Shown here: positions 55,214 through 64,000 of the stretch, one piece after another
How the letters are laid out: every line of letters starts with the position of its first letter
Position numbering within the stretch: position 1 is the first letter of the stretch
Assembly: GCA_964019335.1 (NCBI GenBank)
Contig: OZ025740.1
Coordinates: 334,859-398,858 of the forward strand
Reading direction: 5' to 3'
DNA from: Diplonema japonicum
Lineage: Eukaryota > Protista > Euglenozoa: Diplonemea
Length of the DNA: 64,000 nucleotides
Program-made: the position numbers and the translations under genes
The notes under the pieces: model-generated
Databases searched by the model: none
What the model saw: the letters and a program-made list of their open reading frames with translations, nothing else
Told to the model about the DNA's origin: nothing

Positions 55214-58200
55214 ATGAGGTCCCCCTCCCCAGACAAACCGCAAGAGTCGCAGCAGGAGGAGAAAGAGGAGAAGCATGATGCACGTGCCTCGCCTACACCC
55301 ACGACGATTCAGCAGGCATCGTCCGGAGTGGCTGGGATCTCGTTGCTCGGGTGGGTGAGCTTGGGGTGCCTGGTGTTTCAGAACAGTTCTCTGACGCTGA
55401 CGATGCGGGCGTCGCGCCTGTCGTCGTCCGGGGAGGACAAGATGTACCTGGCAACGTCTGCGGTGGTGATCGGGGAGGCGATCAAGGTGATGGCGTCTAC
55501 GTGCCTGCTGGTGATGGAGACAGGGAGCGTGGAGGGGGCGTGGGCGGCCATTTACGAGGACATCCTGTCGTCTCCAATGTCGAACATGCAGCTTCTCATC
55601 CCCGCAGGGTTGTACACCTTACAGAACAACATCCAGTACTATGCCGCGTCGAACCTCGACCCCGCGACCTTCCAAGTTCTGTACCAAATGAAGCTGGTGA
55701 CGACGGCGATCTTGTCGGTGATACTGCTGAAGAAGAAGCTGTCGAAGACGCAGTGGATCAGCATCTTGATTCTCACCCTCGGGATCGCACTGGTGCAGAC
55801 CTCGCAGGGGAGCGAACCGTCGCAGAACGAGAACCAGTTCATGGGGTTCGTCGCTGTCTTCATCGCGTGCTGCACGTCAGCGTGCGCAGGGGTGTACCTC
55901 GAGAAGATCGTGAAGCAGACGAAGGCTTCTGTGTGGATCCGGAACATCCAGCTGGCATCCTTCGGGTTGGTGGTGGGGCTCTTCGGTTCCTACGCGAAGG
56001 ACAGGGAGGCCATCATGATGCACGGCTTCCTGCAGGGTTTCGAGCCCATCGTCTGGGTCGTCATCTTCCTCGCCTCCTTCGGCGGCATCCTCATCGCCGT
56101 CGTTGTCAAGTACGCTGACAACATCATGAAGGGCTTCGCCACAGGCCTCGCCATCATCATCTCAGCCCTCGCCTCCGTCGTCCTCTTCAACTTCGTCATC
56201 ACGGCACAGTACGTCGTGGGGGCTGCGGTCGTTATTGTGTGTGGGGAGGGGAAGGGAGGGGAAAAAGAAGGGGGAAAGGGGGGAAAATACCACCAAAGAA
56301 TAAGCCAACAAAACAAAACTCGATAAAATTCCAAGCCGAATAAAACAAACAAACAAACACACGACTCTATCTGAGAATGCAGGTGGGGGGGAGGGAAAGG
56401 CATAATAATGAAGAAGAAAGAAATTTGAAGAAAAGGGAGGGAGAAAAATATAAGGATAAAAAACACCAACAAACAAACCTTTTTGAGAAAACTGTCCAAG
56501 CTACCAACATAAGCCATGACAGGCTCCTCTGTCTCTGGATACGTAGGTTACAGCCATAAGGATAGCTTTCTTTTGGAACACTAAACAAAACGTTAATTTA
56601 TATAAAAGTTGATCAAACTGCATGATGCCCCGACACGGCATGGCAGGGGTCCTGTTCCCTGCTGTTGCACCAATGTCAATATAGCATCTACATAGTGTTC
56701 AGTTGTTCCTTGGTTTTCGTTTTTGCATTGCAACGCTACCTTTTTTTTTTATTTATTTTAAAGCTCCAAACGTATGATGTTCCGTCACAGCATGGCAGGG
56801 GCTGGGGGATGCCATTAGGTATCCTGTTCCTTGCTGTTGCACCATGTCGGATGCATCTATGATGAGGTGATGAGGCAGCGAGATGTCCTTTTTGTTTTTA
56901 TGGCATTACAAGCATGGTAAAGGTCTTATAAATAGTGTCCATTTCAATAGTGTACATGACAGCTAGAATTCTGCTGTTCCTTGGTTTTGGTTTTATTTTT
57001 TTTCAAGCTGTTGCCACTTGTTGTGGCGTTGCAAGCATGGCAAATGGCTTGGGCTCCCCGTGTCTGGGGTCCCTTCACCCTTGCTGTGTGGTAGGATGCA
57101 GCCACGGCACCTCCAAGAACCAGCCAGCTAGATATCAACTGAGGCAAAAGCATGCTTTCCTCTCCCTCCGGTTTACTTTCAGTTATAATACCCAACAAAA
57201 GCTGACTGCTGCATGATGTTCCGGACACGGCACGGTAGGGGCTGGGGGATCCCAATTAGGTGTCCTGTTCCTTGCTGTTGCACCATATGGTCGGTTTTGC
57301 ATCTAATGAGGTGACCATTGGCAGCGAGAATTCTGTTTTTATTTCTCTCCGGTGAACTGCTTCCTAAAAGGAAGTTCTATTTTTTCTCTCGTTCTATTTT
57401 AAAAAGCTGACAGCTGCATGGTGCTCCGACACGGCACGGTAGGGGCTGAGGGATCCCAATTAGGTGTCCTGTTCCTTGCTGTTGCATCAATGTCGGTTGC
57501 ATCTCATTTGGTGTCCAATTAGCAGCGAGATTGCGTTTTATTTTTTATGTTTCTTTTCTCCCCCCCCCCCCCCCTCTTTTTTGTAAGAACACTTATTCTC
57601 TCAATCGAAAAGAAGCACTGGCAATGTCTCCATATTCTTGGCTGGGGGAGGAGGATGTAGCAATGTTCTTTCACCATCCTTAGTAACAGCGGGTAGTTTG
57701 GTGTTCCTTGGTTTTTTATTTCTTGAGCCCGTGTAGCTTACCACCAGTCAATAAATCCCCACCGAGGCAAAGGAATCAATGGTACATACCATGCCACGTG
57801 GCGTAGACTGCAGCTCGTTTTTGTAAAGTGGCCCTTACTTATTGTAAAACCCTTTGGTTTAAAAGTCTAAAGTAATTTTTTTATTCATATTACAAAGCGA
57901 ACTGCTGCTGCATGATGTTCAATCAGTTTACTTTGAGTTATATTTTTAAAGCTGACTGCTGCATGATGTTCCGACACGGCACGGTAGGGGCTGGGGGATC
58001 CCACTTAGGTGTCCTGTTCCTTGCTGTTGCACCATATGGTCGGTTTTGCATCTAATGAGGTGACCATTGGCAGCGAGAAAATTCTTTTTGCTTTAAGGCA
58101 TTGCAAGGCATAACATGTCCATATTCTTGTACTTCTTCTTTTTTTTCTGAAATATCTTTTTCGAGGGGACTCAAATAAAAAAAAAAAATACAAAAACAAC

Positions 58201-58338
58201 CACCCACAGGCTTCCGTGTATCTGTACTCTGTGAACAATGCTTGCAGCTGCCTGTTCCCCGTGGCTGACGAGGCGACAGCCAAGATGGTGGCCAAGGAGG
58301 TCCCATTAATGGAGAAGAAGGACGACGAGAACCCGTAG
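55214..58338 (+). CDS. SLC35A-family nucleotide-sugar transporter copy B; exons 55214-56236 and 58210-58338
   Basis: Identical to copy A from SGVAGISLL onward, same intron position, different N-terminal ~35 aa. Confidence 0.9.
56605..58100. repeat. Intronic array of modules A/A'/B (copy B), with a unique stretch at ~57530-57895
   Basis: Matches intron A for ~1.25 kb from the donor, then diverges. Confidence 0.85.
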
Positions 58339-58536
58339 AAGGGAAAAGGGACGATGTGGAATACTTTTTTTTTTTTTTTTTTTTTTTTTTTACATTCATT
58401 CAATTATCGACATGACAAAGCTTCAAATTTAAGAAATGGGGTCAGTTTCCTCTGCCTTTTACTTGTATTAAACAACACCGGTCGCGTTGTCGGTACTAAA
58501 GGCTATTCATTGGCAGCGCAGTTTGATTTTATACCG

Positions 58537-58574
<38 letters not shown>

Positions 58575-58900
58575 GAATCGGATCCGTGAGCCGTTAGTGC
58601 GCACAAATAGTCTCTTTTTCGCTTTTTTTTTTCTTACGGTTTTCTCCCCCCCCCCCCTTTTTTTAATGAGGTTTTACTTTCCCATCCATTGTCATTTTTA
58701 CCCCTTTCCCCCCCCGCCTTTATTTCTTTTCCCGGTTCTTTTTTTTTGTTTCACGCTTCCCCGACATGATAGGATACAGGGGACCAGTGTTTGGATATTT
58801 TTCAATAAATTAAAGGCGAGGCAAAAGGGATCAGCAGCCCATGTGATTTTTCATTTACCCTATAGTTAAAATGCAAAAATCTAAATTATCCCTCTCGCAT

Positions 58901-58933
<33 letters not shown>

Positions 58934-59574
58934 AAATCCAAATTGAGGGACTTTTTAGCTTTAATCACTCTCGTTAGCTTGAATAGAAGGAGAAAGAAAG
59001 AAAAATACGGAATTCTTTTTTTTATTACAGATTTGGCATTGTGGTGTAACGATATGTGTAGTGGGCTTTCATAAAAAACCGAGAATCTGTAAGTTCACTC
59101 AGGTTTCTCCCCCCCCCCCCTTTTTTTTTCTAACCCACCACGGGTTTGCACATTTCGATACACAGCCAGGACCGATGAAAAAAAAAAGAAAGAAGAAACC
59201 CCCCCCCCCCCCCCCCCCACCCTTCCCCAGAGTGATCTTTATCTTTTCTTTTCCCCTCCCCCTCAACCTCCTTTCAAAAAAAAAAGAAAAAAAATAGTGT
59301 GTTTTCTCCTCTTCCCACAGAGAAGTGCATGCTGTGTCATCCTAAGAAAAAGTACCGTATGCCTGCACATAAAGGGCCTGAAGAGGACTTTCCACCCCCC
59401 CCCCCCCCCCCTTTCCGTTTTTTGAACATAAACCCTTAGCCCTTTCGACATTTGTAGCGAACAAGCCTTTCGAAGAAATTTGGTCCCTAAAAAAAAGGGG
59501 GGGGGGGGGGGGGAGTTGTTTTGTTCTGGTCGGCCAGTTGCAAAACTGCGGTTTTCGGCTGTTTTTTTTTTAAA

Positions 59575-59815
59575 GGTAGTGGGGATAACATGTGTTGTTC
59601 GCTGTTGACCTCCTCGTCGGTCATCACTGTAGCACCCGAGTGGGAGAATGTATTGCAGATGCTCAGGGTGACGAACAGGCAGCAAACTGCGAGCGCAGAA
59701 TCTTGGTTACCCGGGACCCTGGCTAGGGTTGAGTTGCACACCGCACGCATTAAGGACACGGAACGCAGAAGAAGCTACAGCTTGGTCGAAATGCGCCCCC
59801 TGTAATCAAGTAGAC
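59575..59815 (+). mobile_element. HDV-ribozyme-headed short element, slightly degenerate copy
   Basis: Homologous to 63465-63729; P1 has a mismatch (ggtagtg/catcact) and one P1.1 G is missing. Confidence 0.7.
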
Positions 59816-60195
59816 TGCGCCTGCGGTTGCTTGTACGCCAGGCGGTTTATAAGCAACCAAAGTCATTCTTCTTCTTTTTTTGTTGTTCCAAACAATGTCG
59901 AAAGGGGCCTTTGTAAAAGCAGCAGGGACAGGCGGGGAGCTCATCAAAGAAAAATCTGGTTTTTTTTTTAAATTTTATTGAATAAATCTTTTTTGCAAAG
60001 ATAGGACAAGGGGGGGGGGGGGGGGGGGGGGGGGGAAGAACCTCTCTTTCCAGACTATTTTTGTTTCCATAACTTCTCTTCCCCCCCTTTTTTTCTTTCT
60101 GCTCTCCACCACATTTCCCCCTTTCTTTTACCCCCCTCCCCCTCCCCTCCCCCCCAGCGCATAATAAACGTTCTTAACAAGGGAGAAGAAAAGAA

Positions 60196-60915
60196 ATGAC
60201 TAAATACAACCACCCAACCACAGATGAAGTCACCCTCGCAGTCTATGAAGAAAAAGGCAGCAAAGGAACGGTAGCAGTGTGTCATGGGTTAGGGGTGCCT
60301 AAGGCGAGCGAGAAGGACTCCCTCAACGACGATTGGACCCGCATGGTGAGAGAGGCCTGTGTGAATGGCAGCTGGGGGTACAGGGCCATGGACGCAAGGG
60401 GGCACGGGTCCTCTGGGTGGGGTGGGAGCGGTGCCTGGAGTATTCTTGGAAAAGACATGATTGACATTACGAAAGATACCCCTCGCCCTAGGGTCGCTGC
60501 TGGGCAGAGCATGGGTGCAGCAGCATCACTTGAGGCAGCAATTTTCGACCCCACAGCCTTTCAAGCTCTGATCCTTCTCCGCCCACCTACCTTCTATTCC
60601 TCTCGTCACGTTGCTCAGAAAGTCCACAAAACAGTGCTAGGCACTCTCGCTGGCGACTCCAGAGACCGCGAGGTCCTCCTCTCTGCTTCGAAAACCGACC
60701 TTTCTTTTCCTGCTGAGCGCCTTGCTTCCATAGCTGTGCCCGTCCTGATCCTTGCAACTGAGGGGGATGACATCCACCCCTTGTCGTCAGCGGAGATGTT
60801 GAAGGCAATGATCGCATCGTCGCAGCTTGCAGTGGCAAAGACGCAAGACGAGGCTTTTGAGACGTGGCCGAAGATCATTGAGACCTTCATGGCGGCGGTA
60901 CCCCAGAGACCTTGA
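60196..60915 (+). CDS. Alpha/beta-fold hydrolase
   Basis: CHGLG, DARGHG, GQSMG nucleophile elbow, VPVLIL..GDDIHP. Confidence 0.85.
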   Translation: MTKYNHPTTDEVTLAVYEEKGSKGTVAVCHGLGVPKASEKDSLNDDWTRMVREACVNGSWGYRAMDARGHGSSGWGGSGAWSILGKDMIDITKDTPRPRVAAGQSMGAAASLEAAIFDPTAFQALILLRPPTFYSSRHVAQKVHKTVLGTLAGDSRDREVLLSASKTDLSFPAERLASIAVPVLILATEGDDIHPLSSAEMLKAMIASSQLAVAKTQDEAFETWPKIIETFMAAVPQRP

Positions 60916-61480
60916 GAGGGTGGGGGGGGGGGGGGGAGAGAAAAAATACGTTTATAGAGTGCAGACATGTGTGGCAAAGGGCAACAGGGGCGCTTTGCGG
61001 AGGACGGAAGACAGAATACATTCCCGAGGAATCTGGGTGCACCAGCGATGCATGGCTATGACAAGAGACCTTGTTCGCAGCAGATGACTGACAGGCAAAT
61101 TCCGACGGCCGGCACCAAGGGTGCAGATGGTGACAGGCACGTGAAGCACCGCAAAAATAGGAGTTTTTTTCTCTTTTTTTTTCAAAGCGAGCGAAAGAAA
61201 GTTCATTGGGCGTGAACATGTTTACTCTCCTCAATTATACTTCATTCAGTATCCGTCTTTATCACCACTGCCTCTTGTCTTCACCCATCTGCGCACACCC
61301 TAACAAAGCTCTGGCCTACAAATCGGCTCACCCTGCTGTGTCTTGAGAATCACTCCACAGGGTCTCTTCCCATTCGACTAGTGGAATAAAAAATTGGGAG
61401 CGGAAAGGGGTGTAATAAAAAAAAAAGAAAATACAGGGAGGCGTGAGAGAAGGGGGGGAAAAAAAAAGAAAGAAACCAAA

Positions 61481-62227
61481 ATGAATAAAATAGTAAAAAC
61501 CTCTATCTTCGTGGCTGTTGTGATGCAGTGCGCGTGGTTCCTTAAGAGGTACGACTGTGCGAATGGGGGCTCCATCATCCCGAGTTCTTTGCGGAAGCCT
61601 AAAACGTCGATGTTGCCCGCGGCAGTGGGGCTGGCACCTACGATACCAGTCGCGGTGGTGGAGGAGCCTGTTGTTATGGATGGAAACCAGGCATCGCCAC
61701 AACCACCTGCACTACCTGTTGCGCCCATAACCCCCGTAGTGAAGGTTCCTATTGCTGTAGAGAAGGTGCTGTTCTTTGACCCCGTATCAGGCAACGATGT
61801 TACTGGTAACGGAAGCCTCGCGAATCCTTACAAGAGGCTTATCGTGCACGGGAGGGGCGAGGTCTCACTGATGGGCGGCAAGCACGTTCTAAGCACGCCT
61901 TTCCTCTACCCCTTGACCATCGGGAAGGAGGTGCTTGACCTTGCCACCCTTGTGCTCGTTGATGCACACACCGACTGGCAAACCGTCAGGACTGACCGTA
62001 GCAAACAGCTGTGCTACTCCATGTCGCGTGGGGACGACATTGCAGGGCAGGGCAGCTGGAAGTCTCCGTTTAAAACTTTGAAGAACCTCTCTGGTTTTGT
62101 GACAATCATCGATGGCGACTACACCATACACCAGCACGAGATCCGGGAGGGCTTTGCTCTCCGGCTGGTGATTGGTGCCAGGGTGACCATTCCCCTACCT
62201 GATCATCTGAAGACGCAGGGAAGGTAG
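61481..62227 (+). CDS. Signal-anchored protein with two DUF1565-like motifs
   Basis: N-terminal hydrophobic segment, Pro/Val linker, DPVSGNDVTGNGSLANPYK and SRGDDIAGQGSWKSPFKTL. Confidence 0.7.
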   Translation: MNKIVKTSIFVAVVMQCAWFLKRYDCANGGSIIPSSLRKPKTSMLPAAVGLAPTIPVAVVEEPVVMDGNQASPQPPALPVAPITPVVKVPIAVEKVLFFDPVSGNDVTGNGSLANPYKRLIVHGRGEVSLMGGKHVLSTPFLYPLTIGKEVLDLATLVLVDAHTDWQTVRTDRSKQLCYSMSRGDDIAGQGSWKSPFKTLKNLSGFVTIIDGDYTIHQHEIREGFALRLVIGARVTIPLPDHLKTQGR

Positions 62228-62675
62228 GAGTCAGAAAAAAATATTTAAAAAGATATAGAGCGGAAGAAAAAATATAATAATGAGGGAAGAAAAAATAGAT
62301 TTTGGGGAAAAAAAGGGGGGGGGTTTTTATTTTTTTTTGTTTTCGGTGGTAAATGTTTCGTTTCACCCTGAGTACGTGAAGATTTTCAGGAACGGAAAAA
62401 AAAAAAGAATGGATTATAAAAAAAAAAAGTGTGTCGCAATCATTGATTTATTGATATGATCATTTATTTATCTGGCCCCTACCCCCCACCTTACCCGTTT
62501 CCCCCGTTCCCCCACCTTTCAGTTTCGTTTATGTAGAAAGGAAAGGGCACAGTTGTTGACTGTGTTTCCCAGACAATGCCATCTGAAGGATGTTAAAATC
62601 TTTTTTTGATTGCATTTAAAGTTTTTTAAAAAAGCTTCAAAACCGCGTTTGGTGGTCTGGTTTCTTGGAGTAAAA

Positions 62676-62729
<54 letters not shown>

Positions 62730-63464
62730 ACTAAAATAGCACTTTGCTTCGGTTAGGTACTGCCATTTTTCTTTCTTTTTTTTCTTCTTCTTTTTTTTCC
62801 CCGCATATTTTCTTAGAAACATCGGGTTTTGGAGGTTTTCGGAGAACACTGTGAAAAGTAACAGGTCATATCCAAAATGTTTATAACACAAAATATCACA
62901 GTATCCAGGGTTAGCCGACCTCCCACGGTAGTTCCTTTCAATTGGGTTTTTTTGGCGTCAAACAGGAGAGCACACCATGCTTATGACCCTGAAATTCGTC
63001 TCCTGGACCCCCCAGATACACAAAGCGACCCGGGCGTCAATGGATAAAAACTTGAAATCTGCACGGGAAGTGCATGGCCCGGTTAACCATGGATACTAAT
63101 GATAAAAGAGTAACTGTAAAACAAACAAATTACTAAAAACTAAAAAACTTCCGGTCCGCCCGGAGCTTCCGGCAATTCTTTCTTGCCGGACGTTTTTTTT
63201 TCCAAGCACCGTTTGGGGGCCACATTAGCTTCGGAAAACAAATCCACGAAGGTAGGGGTTGTGGACGTTGTAGTCAGAGGCCTACTCATGTAACCATGGG
63301 GTAGCCCCCAAAAAAAAAACGTCCGGAAGTAAAAACTTGGTCCCACGGAGCTTCCGGTAATTTTTTCTTCCGGAATTAATTGTTTTTACAGAATATTGTT
63401 AAAAAAAGAAAAGGGCGTCAAGACCTCCTTTAACTCATATATATTTTTCGTCTTCTTTTTTTTG

Positions 63465-63590
63465 GGTGGTGGGGGAAGTATAAGAAGTACATCAGATGTG
63501 TTGCTCGCTGTTGACCTCCTCGTCGGTCATCACCGGTAGCGCCCGAGTGGAAGAACGTAACGCAGATGCTCAGGGTGACGAACAGGCAGC
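63465..63590 (+). ncRNA. HDV-like self-cleaving ribozyme candidate at the 5' end of a dispersed element (63465-63729)
   Basis: P1 GGTGGTG/CATCACC; P2 GCTGTTG/CA(G)GCAGC; P3 ACC/GGT; L3 TCCTCGTC; P1.1 GG at 63535-63536; P4 CGCCCGAGT/GCTC(A)GGGTG; J4/2 ACGAA with putative catalytic C63579. Confidence 0.75.
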
Positions 63591-64000
63591 AAACTGCACG
63601 AGCGCAGAATCTTGGTTACCCGGGACGCCCCGGCTAGGGTTGAGCACACCGCACGCATTATTAAGGACACGACACGGAACGCAGAAGAAGCTACTGCTCG
63701 GCCGAGGAGCGCCCCTTGTAATCAAGTAGGTAGTTCGTGCTTCATTGCACGCTTAACGCCACCTAGTGTTGCAATCAAAGCCCCATTTTTTTTTTTTAGT
63801 GCGAGGACCGCCTCACACGGGGGGGGGGGGGTAAATTTGATCATTCCCCGCAATGATACCCCAATTTTTTTCAATTCAAAAAGAAAGAGGAAGGACCTTA
63901 ACCCCTATGTATGAAGGGGACCGGATTCGACCTGCAAAGGATGCGTGAAGTGACCAGGATGAGGTCTCTTAGGTAGGGCAAACTAAATGATGACGTTGAA

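Overview
Eukaryotic, intron-poor protist DNA that looks euglenozoan (diplonemid/kinetoplastid-like). This is an inference from directional gene clusters, spliced-leader-like relics and family-typical receptor proteins. Three minus-strand genes (1-5297) diverge from a run of plus-strand genes (14079-62227). The minus-strand genes are a TBL/PC-esterase-like SGNH protein that runs off the left edge, a RING-PHD protein and an FkbM methyltransferase. Between the two clusters lies an ~8 kb CpG-eroded nest of transposons: a hAT-like transposase pseudogene split by two non-autonomous elements with 7-bp TSDs, and a tRNA-Asp-derived SINE split by a LINE-like fragment. The plus cluster holds a Ubl-LRR protein and three tandem mucin-stalked surface proteins with a near-invariant bacterial-like head, interleaved with saposin-like (MZB1/CNPY) gene copies. 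It continues with a metallophosphoesterase, a Cys-rich/mucin/multi-TM protein, a Kelch-EGF-TM-cyclase-like receptor, two tandem SLC35A nucleotide-sugar transporters, an alpha/beta hydrolase and a DUF1565-motif protein. The transporters each have a 2-2.4 kb intron filled with a modular repeat that also forms a 3.4 kb intergenic array. The strongest unexplained signal is a dispersed ~250-bp element family whose 5' end folds into a complete HDV-like ribozyme (best copy 63465-63590).
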